A stretch of 64,000 nucleotides of DNA from Nemertoderma westbladi (Eukaryota > Animalia > Xenacoelomorpha): NCBI GenBank assembly GCA_032718475.1, contig JAUCBJ010007513.1, forward strand, positions 66,515-130,514. The letters are read 5' to 3'. A program made the translations under genes and the position numbers. The notes beneath the pieces are model-generated. The model was not told where the DNA came from and did not search any database. It saw only the letters and a list, made by a program, of their open reading frames with translations. Positions 39,325-51,300 of the stretch are shown one piece after another (within the stretch, counting starts at the first letter, position 1; each line of letters opens with the position of its first letter).

Positions 39325-39767
39325 TAAAAATAAAAGATCATCTCCTGGATCCGATATTCTTAAAACTTTTGTTACCTGGTTTTACCAGACTTTCTGACAC
39401 TTTTCTACTGAAGCGGTGCATTGCTGGATTTACTCAAAACCAGTCTGAGAGTATAAACTCTCTAGTTTGGAAGAGATTACCAAAACATAGGTTTCATGGG
39501 ATATCGCGTATAAATTTGGGGGTTTCTAGTGCTATTTTATATTTTAAATCGGGGTCTATAACACGTTCACGCGTTCTAGAACAACTTGGTGAAGAAGTCT
39601 GGCACACCTCAACCTTCAAGTCTCTCCATATTCAAAAAGATAGAAAACGAGTAAGACAGTCACTTCTCAAGGTCAAAGACGCAAAGCGCAGAAGAGCTTC
39701 AAAGATGGCTGAAGCACGACAGACAGGTGAAATTACCTATGGACCAGGAGCATTTGGAACAACATAA
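39325..39767 (+). pseudogene. C-terminal fragment of a DDE transposase (Kolobok-like / 'Mutator-like transposase' type)
   Basis: LLKRCIAGFTQNQSESINSLVWKRLPK matches the TQNxNESxNxxIWxxxPK motif; ends YGPGAF. The 5' part is missing. AT-rich presumed subterminal sequence follows to ~40.5 kb. Confidence 0.7.
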
Positions 39768-41448
39768 TTATTTAGTGTTATTCCACTTTTGAGGTTTGAC
39801 CATATTTTTGTGGCAATTGTTCCAAATTAATGTAATGAAACAAGTGATTAATTAACATTTCATATTTTTAAAAAATTTATAATTCTAAAAAAATTTTTTA
39901 ATTTAAATTTTTTTACTATTCCGCCTTTTTCAATTGTAATTTCTGTATAAAAATAATAAAAATTACAATTCTAAAAAAAATTTAAATTAAAAAAAATTTT
40001 AGATTAATAATTTTAAATTCAAAATAAATTTTAAAATTTTAATTTATATAATTCCATATGTAGTGGTAAACTTACATATAAATAAAATGCTGTTTTTAGA
40101 ATGTACTTCTCAGAATTTTTTTTTCACAAAAAAGCCACTACTCGGTCAATTTTTAATGAATTTACTTGAAATTTTCACACAATGTTCAACAAGCACTACT
40201 CTACTCAGTGAAATGTGTGGTCAAATTTTTGATATACTATGCTGTTCGCGTTTTATCGTCTTAGAAGTGATAAAAAATGGTGCAATTTTTTAAAATTTAT
40301 TTTACAATCATTACTTTTCATCCTAATAGCTAAAAATTAAAAAAATTAAAAAATTTGAACACACATTCTTATTTACATTAGTTTATGTACCAACATAGTA
40401 AGTTTCAGCCGAAAACAGTAATATATGAGGGAGGAGTAGCGTTTTGTAATATTAGTTAATAATTATTAAGACTAATTAGTTAATATCTATTACTAATAAA
40501 ATAAATTTGAAATATTTAATTTGAAAGTGTGGGTAAGCTAAGTAGCAATGTACATGCAAAAAATCAGGTCCAAATAATGAAAATTAAAGGCTGTAGACCT
40601 CAAAATGTAACTGTTAATTTTTTCACCATGTACAATGTACACACAGCTCAAACTATATGGCATTGGAGGAGTCTCATTAGTTGATTTAGTATTTAATGTG
40701 ATGATAGACCAGTGGTCCCCGGCCAAGTTTGGCTTTTTACACTATCAATTATTACATTATTTACAAAATTGCACGTAGCGGTAATAAAACAATAGATGAA
40801 ATGTGATTCGGATTAATACTAATATAAACACCCAAGTAGTTGGCCCTTTAATTATTTAATTTTTCCTGTCTAGTGTCGCACATTAGTATATATCTTTAGC
40901 TATATAGGCATTATGAGTATTAATGTAATAATTTGTCACTTTATCTGTAAGCATGGTCTTGTGTGCAACTAATAATAATCTAAATAATAATAATGAAAGT
41001 TAATAATTGGAATACTGCTGAATCATTTTATACTAAAATTCAACCTGTAAATCATTTCAGATTTGACCTTTGATATTGCGCTGTCACGGACATGTTTGTA
41101 TTCTGATAGATTGATGTAAAAACTTATCTTATATAAATGATTAATTTCTATATAGGTAATTACGGGGGGAGGGGGGGGGGGGGGTACTGGCTTGGAAATC
41201 AATATTTTGAAAATGCTTACTGTACCAAAGAGCGATTAAGTAGAAAAAATAAAAAAATTCATTTTTTACGCCCCTTAGCGGCCAGAGCCTAAATTCACGT
41301 TTTTGACTTCAGCACTACTACCTAGGCGCCAGTGACGTATTTAGAAATCTGCAAGGGGGGGGGGGGGGGGGGGGGGGCACATGAATTATTATATTATTAT
41401 TAAGGATTTACATAGTGATAATAATCGACATACTGTTCATGTACAGTG

Positions 41449-41628
41449 TTACTCAACCAGCACTACCTGGCCCTACTCAACCTGCACTACCTGGTAGTGG
41501 GGTAACGTTACTCAACCAGCACTACCCGGGCGTGGGGTCACGTTACTCAACGAGCACTACTACCCGGGTGCGGGGTCATGTTACTCAACATGCACTACAA
41601 CCCGGGCACGAGGTCACGTTACTTAACT
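41449..41628. repeat. GC-rich minisatellite (~35-38 bp units)
   Basis: TTACTCAACCAGCACTACCCGGG..GGGGTCACG, five to six degenerate copies. Confidence 0.8.
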
Positions 41629-42355
41629 TTAAGTACAACCTCAGTACGGGACCACCATAATTACAACATCTTGCGTTCTGCATCTACATCACCAACTACA
41701 CCTTGATGTTTGTTACTTCCTTGTATTCTATACTTTTATATTCTAACTCAAAACTAAAATAAAAAATTATTACATTTGATTGATACCAATCTATTCGATT
41801 AAAAATGAATGATAATGAATGAAATAACTATTTTGGAATGTATAATATATTGAACTATATATTATAATATATATATTGGAATATATTGAAATCTATTGAT
41901 TCTCCTTATATAAGTCTATTAATAATTTGGTTTTATCACAAGATAAAAAAGTTAATATATTTGATTTGATTTGACGATGTAAAAGGCAGAAACGATCCGA
42001 TAACACGAAAATTGCCACAGACTCAATGATAGAAACACCAGATGGAGCTCATGTGGGCCTAGTAAGTAATGCTACTACTATTGAATGGATAGGCCCAAAC
42101 TGCAGGAGAAGTAGATCTATCACTTGCCAAGTTTTAGTAAGGTTGTGTTTATTTATTACTCTCTCACCATATCCTAGACAGTAAGCAAACATCATGGAGG
42201 TTTTCCTCGGAGAAGGAAAGCCCCGGCTTCGCCTCGGCTAGTTCCTACTCCTCGGGTAAAAACAACCAGAAAAACAACAAAACAACCGGGAAATAATTCT
42301 GTTGTTGAATATTTATTCAGGCAAAACAACACAGTGATAGAAAATCAATGCCAAT

Positions 42356-42800
<445 letters not shown>

Positions 42801-44223
42801 AACTTGCTCAAGTTCACGTTCTGCGCGACGCCCCAAGAACGTGTTTATTACAAGCTAAATTGTTAGATGCATTAACAGATTCTAAAGAGGTTAGTTTGGG
42901 GGCCCAGTATAGAAATTGGGGCTTGGTTAAACAAATTGGGGGTTGGGGTGGGGGGGGGGGGGGGGGAATCAGCTTGTCACAAGGCGCCAGAAACCTCGGT
43001 ACGCCTCTGATTGGACGTGGTCGAAGCTTTCTCACGGGCGAAGTTTGCTGCGTACCGATTTGCGTCCAGTTTCACTCTGTCTGGTTTAGCTATGAAAGTT
43101 CCTTCGTACAAAGTACTGCCATTGCTAAGAGTAATACCACCCATTCTGAGACAGATAGCGGGCACTTTCGTCACAAACAAAGTGTCAAGCTAGGGCAGAC
43201 TAATGGAACACCTCCAATGTTGTATAGTCTGATTGGAGATGTGTTTATTGTACTTGACACAATGAACCTAGGCGCAGCATTCTTGTGAATGTGCCATCCA
43301 GAGATTTGGTATCATCTGTAGTTAGAGCCCAGTATGGACTCCCATATGAGTACTGGTACTACAACTGCCATAAATAATCGAACCTTAAGGTACAGTTTTA
43401 TTCTATGGGACTTCCAAATCCTGGACAGACTATTTAATGCTGCCCATGCCTTCCCCTTACGCATCCGAAGGTCTTCACCTGACTTTCTGATCCATGATCC
43501 TAACCCAAGTAGCAGAAGTCATCCACGTGCTCAGGCAAGCTGTCCTTAGGCCTACCTCAGTACTAACTGGTAAGTGATATCTTCGAACTGTCTGAATGAT
43601 GAATAATGATAGAGAATGACTGTCAAACTATACCGCTATAGCAGCAGTTGGTGTTTAGAGCGTATTTCAGTACAGCAATAGCTCTGTACCAGGGTACAAG
43701 AATTTCAAAAGGATACTTTACTCACTGCTATGTAAGGTGGGAGGCCAGCTGATTGAATTTTAAGCACTGGGCCGTTCAAATGTTTTATAGGTTAATAATG
43801 ACATTTAGGGGCTGGGATTACTCTCTCTCAGACTGTAAGTAAAGCTGGGAAGAGACCCAACTAACTACACTATGTTTGTCTATGGACGGCACGTCACTAG
43901 GACTGGTAGCCGTTCAAGAGTGAGGGGGAAAAATTGAATAAAAAATTACTAAGGCTAACTAGACTGCTACTGTACTAGGACAATATACTGTACTGTACTG
44001 TGCTACTGTACTGTAGTAGGCCTACAAGGACTACAAAGAAAAGACTTAAATTTTATCGGTAAACTGAAAGTATGCAGTTCAAAGGCCTAGGCCTATGGTA
44101 CATCGTGTGGGCCTACCTTCATATATACCGTATCTAGTAATTCCTAACCATTTCATTAATGATGACCTTAAAGTCGATTACTGATAAAAATAAATTAAGC
44201 TTGTACAAAAGAGTTCAGAGTTT

Positions 44224-44821
44224 TGTTAATACACAGTCGGTATAATATCTAATATAACGTAAATATAAATTTTTTTCTAATATAAGTATATAACGAACAA
44301 ATAATATATAAATATACAGTATTACAACTCTACGATAAATGTCACCAGTATCTTTCTACTCCTACTCAATATCCCTCACCACTCTAAACCCCCATCCACC
44401 TTACAGTGCAATACCTTCTCCTTTACTCATACTACTGACCCACCTTACATTCACAATATAACTATCGTATACTCTCGATTCCTAATTAACTAATTATTGG
44501 TAAACTACAGTAATAATGTTTTCATCACATTCCCCCATGATAGACACGACATGGCTATCAATAAAACGATAATACATTCTCCATTTTAACCACATTCCCC
44601 CAAGCAAAATCTTACCTTTCCTCAAGCACAAATCACTCCAAGTCACTTAATCCAGATAAATCAGTTATAGGATTTCCGTATCTTTCGACAGGATTACGAA
44701 TTCTCCTGGAACGGCGCGGCACTTCCCTTTCCTCCAGAGCTTCTACAAATCCCGCTTCGTGCGACTCGCCATCGGACAACTGTTCAACCAAGAACGAATC
44801 TTCCAATTCTGGGGTACCTCC
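44224..44821 (-). mobile_element. 3' end of Gypsy E: integrase C-terminus, PPT and probable 3' LTR (limits uncertain)
   Basis: The reading frame continues across element B to EVPRRSRRIRNPVERYG. GGGGGAA|TGTG occurs at 44594 and again at 44529. Candidate ...TTAACA end at 44224. Confidence 0.6.
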
Positions 44822-46095
44822 TGTAAAAGCTTCTGTGGGATATAACTGGCCCTTTTGCTTCGCAATCCAGTTTCCCCCCTAGGCGCTGGAATACTCTAAA
44901 AGGCTCTATAACTATATATATATTCCCCTCGCCCGCAAGGTACCGTTATAGGTGTTTTAACGGACATAAAAGTCATTCTGCTATATACGTGTTTTGGCGG
45001 ACATGGTAAGGCAAAAAACCTGCAATGCACCAAATACCTTTACACAGCTTAGCCTTGATGATTCAGATTACGACATCTAACAGCTGGTTGCTGACATGGG
45101 AACAGCCATTGGACACGTAGTTCTTTGTTTAGCTTAAGCCAATCAGAGCGATTTTTTCTGTCGATGTGGAGATATTCAGCAGATCGTGCTAGTAGTGTTC
45201 AGTCTTACTGTTTTTTCTTGATACTGTTGTGTTGTTGCTATCTAGGCCAGGAACACCGGCTCTAGAGTCAATTCGTTTTCATACTTTAGAAGAAACATTA
45301 GTAGGCTTAAATTATAGAGCGTATAACTGTTATCAATTCATCACATATCTTATCTAATCATATCAACTGATCGCAATTCAGTCTTACATTATCGGTTCAA
45401 TATACATTATTATACTGCTATTTACTATTGTTTGGTTGAATATTATTTGGAGAATATTTATAAAGAACCGAAATTTCCCAATTTTCTTGATACACTACAG
45501 GTTAGAGAGACGGGTTATATATAGCGATTGCGACTTATATTATTGTGGTTTGTAGTGAATTTAATGCTATTTGATAAGCACTACATGAATCCGTTGCTGT
45601 CTTCTTTATATATGATAAAATTCATTGACGGTCGGCAAATTAGTGAGCAGTATTGTGTGTTACCGGTAGTGTGCATGATTGTGACTGATAACTAAGCATT
45701 TCCTAAAGAATGCGCCTCATACGTGAATCATAAGCCTTACCGACTTACCGTTGTGATTAGTATAAGTCATATCTCTGTTTACCTAGATAGAGCGCCACGT
45801 CCTAAAGGAACTGTTAATATTTCCCGAAAGTAAATAATATTAGTCAGAAATTATTTATTAACGATCAATCGAATAATACAATACAGTAAGCTTACACTGC
45901 AATAATAATCTAAGCCCTCAGAATCCAGTCTCCCGGGTATATCCAGCGGGTGAATGGACGCGCACTAGGCTGGCTTCTGCTAATGTTGTGTTTATTGGTA
46001 TTAAATATTTGTCATCTTCTAAAGTCTATTTATAAACCAAAAGACATATAAATTTTGGCGGGTTAAACTGCTAAAGGTCTTCAAAAGCGCGTACA
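44822..46095 (+). repeat. 5' LTR of copy B (1274 bp)
   Basis: TGTAAAAG...CGCGTACA. About six differences from the 3' LTR by eye. Confidence 0.96.
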
Positions 46096-48331
46096 ATAAC
46101 AGTTATTGACTTTATTGCAGTAAGCAATAAAGTTGAAAGTACCGGTCGACCGGTAAACCTGAACCGGTACTTCTGTAGGTCAGTAGGCCCAACTGCCAGA
46201 ACCGGTACTGCTGTAGGTCTGTAGGTCCAACTGCCAGAACCGGTACTTCTGTAGGTCCGTAGGCCCAACTGTCCTAACCGGTACTTCCAGTATAAGTACA
46301 TTAGTATTATTCGATTTTGATTATTGTATACCGGTAGGTCTCGATATTAAATCGGGGACGCCTGGTTTTTATTGAGATTTTACTTAGGTCTATTTCTGTC
46401 AGTTTTATTTCCTAGTAAGTTAATATTGAGCTGAAGACGTGTAAGTCTGCTCAGATTGTTCGGATAACTGTAGGCCGGACTGTTGTCGGATTGTTGTTGG
46501 GTTTGGAGAGATTACGGCGTGTGTAGAGTTTGTCCGATAGAGTGCCAGTTAGTAAGTTGGGGCAGCCATAGCTGTAAGGTCAATCCCCTCTTAAAGAATA
46601 AGTCGTACTACCGTGTTAGAACGCATACTAACTAACCATTTTGGAATCTGCACATACTGTAGTTTATTTAGGCTTGACAGTATTCTGCCAGCGTTTTGGT
46701 CTGTGTTTGTTTGTGTGGTCTGTTCAGGTACCGTAATAGTTATTACTCAGATATTTTGTAGGCTGGATTGTTGTCTAGCTATTATTAGGTCTGAAGATAT
46801 TGCTGCGTGTGTAGAGTTTGTCTGATAAAGTGCCAGTTAGTAAGTTGGGGCAGCCATAGCTGTAAGGTCAATCCCCTCTTAAAGAATAAGTCGTACTACC
46901 GTGTTAGAACGCATACTAACTAACCATTTTGGAATCTGCACATACAGTAGTTTATTTAGGCTTGGTGGTAGTCTGCCAGCGTTTTGGTTTGTATTTTGTT
47001 TGAGTATTCTGTACGGGTAGCGTAATATTTATTATTCAGAGTTTATGCGATTATTCGCAACATTCATGTCCCCAAGTTTATTCCTACAGTAATTGTGTTT
47101 GTTATACATACCGTTATAGTTAAATTAACCCCGGTACTACACGGGCTGCTTGGCGTAGGACAAGACTGGTGATTTTGTGCACCGGTCACTCCAGCAGATG
47201 CCGTGGTTCTTTTAACTGTTCAAGTATATTTAACTACTGATTATTTGTTGTACCAGTACTTGTACCTAATTTAGGGTTTAGTGTACAGTGCTTTCCGAGG
47301 TAATTAGTGTGTAGGCAGTATATTTGTGTTGTAAAGTAGTTAATAGGCACGCTGGATCTGGTAGTCCGCGGTAATTAACTTCTAGGTAGGAACACTCCGT
47401 GATACATAACGTAGTACCTATAGCAATACGGTTATAGGTCGTCAGGCGGTGGTATTTTCCTATCTGGACAGTGCAATATATTTACTACTACTTATTATTT
47501 CAAATACCGTAGTACCCTGTCCGTTGTAATAACCAGAATTCTAACCCTTTGTTAGGCTGGTTTGTAGACTTCCTGTAAAATTACCCTAAAATTTCGTACG
47601 TTATATTTTTGTTGTGTTTAATTAGAGATTTAATCTCACCCGTATCGTAAGTAATTTGTAGTATTAAGTAACTTAGGTAAATTAGAATTATCTGTTTTAG
47701 TGTCCCATAGGTAGCACTTCACTGAGATCGCACAGCTTCTGTGTAGTGACTCCCCCAGAAATAATAACATTTATTTCAAATATTGACAAAACCCCTTTTA
47801 AACGGGTATATATATATTATAAATCAACTCAAACGATTTATAAATAGTAGGCCTGCCATACAACAACTAGGTCTCAATATCAGTTGGACTACTGCTTAAA
47901 TAACGGTAATAAAGTAAGTTAAAGTAACTAAGTAACCCTAAAAATATTCAGAAATTCAATTATTCTAAAATAATTGACATACCGGTATTTACCATAGGCT
48001 TATTATATTTATTTCTATAAATTTGAGCTGAAATCATACCGGTACTCTGTAATTAATTCTAGTCCATAATTATACTTATATATACTATCAGTGTAAGCTG
48101 TATACCGGTATTCACGATAGGCCTATTATATATTTATATATATTTGTGCTAAAATTATATACCGGTACTCTGTGACAAACCTAGTTTACAATACTTATAT
48201 ATACTATAAGTGTATACCGGTATTCTAATATACTGCAATAAATTACCGGTACTAGGCCAACGGGCATACTGAATTACTAGACTTGCTTTAACTGTAACTA
48301 TAGCAGTAAGCATTCAACTGTATAGCTAAAC

Positions 48332-51300
48332 ATGTCTGACACCCAGCAAAACCTGTCAGACAGTCTAATCGATACAACCATCTGTGACACAGATAGGAGT
48401 GTGGAGCGATTAAGAAAGGAGTTCAGCTCACCTCCTACTGAAAGAAAGGTCATCCCTCCAGTAGTAGTATCAGACCCTAAGCTAATCCAACACCGTAGGT
48501 CTATCATCGGCACTCGGGCCCAAGTCAAACGGAACCAGGAAGCAGCTGTCCCACAGCAGCAACAGCCTAGTCAAGAAACTTGTTCCCAGCGATCCGATAG
48601 CTCCAGTAATTCGGATACTGTCGAGCTGACCCCCGAACGCGGATTGCAGATGGCGGCTAAAGCCTACTCGGACCCCCTTCTCACCCTTCCTGCCGCAGTG
48701 CTAACTACTATATTGATTGCGGTGGAGGAACATCAAGCCGATTGGGCGAGAAGTAAACGAGCGACCCAAGATAATTATGCGGGATACGCCAGGGAAGAAT
48801 TGATGTCTATTGTCGAGTCACAATGGAACTTTCCCGGACCCGGACTCCCGTTAGATTTGTCCGAAGCTACTTGGGAAGATATACACAGGATGGGAGTGAC
48901 TAAAGATACAATGGATCCAGCTGTTTGGAAGAGGTCGGCAGCAGGATATGTGCAGGGATTCTTCGGCTCCTTGGAGCGATCAGAAGAACAACTGTTTCGA
49001 CAACCCCAAGGACCTCAAGAGCAGGAAGAGCTGCTATATCAAGTACGCGAAAGAACCCTACGCATTAGACTAATCCTATCAGCCTTTGAGGAAACTTCCA
49101 AAAGAAGACAGGACACGTCGCTGCAGGTTGCTGTCAAAACTTGGTTCCAGCGGGTAGGTCTCAAAGTACAAGAAACGGACCAGTGGAAATCCCAGCTGTC
49201 TGAGAGACTAACCTATGAAGAACCAACCGATGCCACCCTTTCTCAAGTGGAAGGCGAAGAGACCGCAGAGAGACCACGAACGAGAGACGCCATCGACATA
49301 TATCTGTCCGACTATCAGCGATTCCTAGGAGACGAAGAGTTGAGGAGACGGCTGTCTGGACTTTCCCCTAATAGTGAAGGAACCCAGCGTGTGTTAGACT
49401 CAATCGATGCTGAAATGTTAGCTGCTAACCAAGCTGAGTTTGATGAAAAACTCCGCCTCACTAGAGTCCAAGAAGAACTAGTAAAGAAAAGACGGATAGA
49501 GGACCGAAAGGCAGCTGAAGTAACAGCGGCAATGGCAGAAGTAGAAGCAGAAAGAAAGGCAGCGGCGGCAGAAGCAGAAGCAGAAAGAAAGGTAACAGCG
49601 GCAATGGCAGAAGTAGAAGCAGAAAGAAAAGTAACAGCGGCAATGGCAGAAGTAGAAGCAGAAAGAAATATTCCCTATTCCCTATAGACCTGATAATGAT
49701 CCGAGAAATTTATATACCGATAATTCGATATTAAATAACACGATGGCCCAAGAAAGCTTTTCGCGTCAGATGGCTAGAACAGAAGCCCGCCAAGCGGTCA
49801 AAGTGGGAGAGATCGTCAAATTCAATGGAGATGAGATGAAATGGTTACCTTTCAACGAATATTACAAAGATAGCATACAAAACTCTGTACTATCTAACGG
49901 AGAGAAACTTAGGTTCCTCATCAAGTGCTTGGAAGGACCTCCCAGGTTAATGGCGTTAAAGTTTATTGGACATCCAGAAGGATTAAGACAAGTATGGGAT
50001 ACATTAAACATCAGGTATGGTAACAAGGATAACATAGCTAAGTATTTGTATGCAAAATTAGTAGCCCCCCGACACTTCCTTAGTAGCGGGATTATAGAGT
50101 TTTCCGATGAAATTCAGGAGATCTGTAGACAATTGGACTGGTTAGGTAAGTCTCATGAATATCAGAATTCAATGGTTATTGGAGCCGTAGTCTCTACTTT
50201 ACCAAAGGGTGGAGTATGTACACGCTGGGACAAGAAAGTGTTGTACATGAATGAATAACAACGACGAAGTCCTACCATGGCTGATCTCATGTCCTTCTTA
50301 GATGGTGAAGTAAAACTACAACTCATCAAGCAGTCCAGAGAGAAAACATCGGAAAATAAGGTAAGTGAGAAACCCGCTTCTAGGAGAAGAGTAACACCGG
50401 TGTGTTACACTGATGATGGCGAAAGCCAGGCTTCTCAAGAAGAGGACAGCGGGAAAGACACAGATCGATCTTACTATGTTGACAAAACCTCAAAAGATGT
50501 AAGTAAATACAAGGCTCGAAACAATGATAGGAGAGAACAGGTTGCCAAGACCCCTCCTCAGTCTCCTAACAGAATGCACCGAAGAAAACCCGAAGAAAAA
50601 ACGAGAGTGCATCAAGTTACCCAAGGTAAAGTGAGTAACATAAAACCTAACTGTGCGCTGTGCGACGGGACCCACCGTTTGAGTGCGTGTGCTGAATTTC
50701 TAAAGAAATCCCTTGTAGACAGACGTGCAGTCGTATGGGATAAGCGGTTATGCTATAATTGCCTCAGACCAGGACACCAACGGCGAACCTGTTACTCCGA
50801 CATAAAGTGTGCAAAGTGTGGCGCGAAACATCACATCTTGTTACACAGTGAGTTCGAACGAGACAAACAGAGTCAGGTAAGTGAGCCCGAACTACATGTC
50901 CAATTCAGTGATGTAAATGACACTGACCAGGAGTCTGAGATGGAAGGATTTTATACTGACGAATTCTCCGACGCCAACGAATCCTGTTATCTAATCAATA
51001 CCGCAGTGTATCGAGCACTTACTTATGAAAAGGACACTAACAATGAGTTTCCCCCAACTACTTTTGCCAAACAACCATCTTGGAAAGCTCCAACTTCCAA
51101 CGTAGGAATCAGAGAATTTCCTGTAGTGCAGGTAAGAGTTCACGGTCCTAACAAAAGTTACATAGTGAACGACTCCTTGACTCCGGCAGCACAGGAACAT
51201 TCATCGATCAAGAATTAGCCGAAGATATCTTTGCTGGACAACCCAAATTCCGGACTAAATTGAATATGTCAGGAATTATGCAGGTTTGGAAATCTACCCT

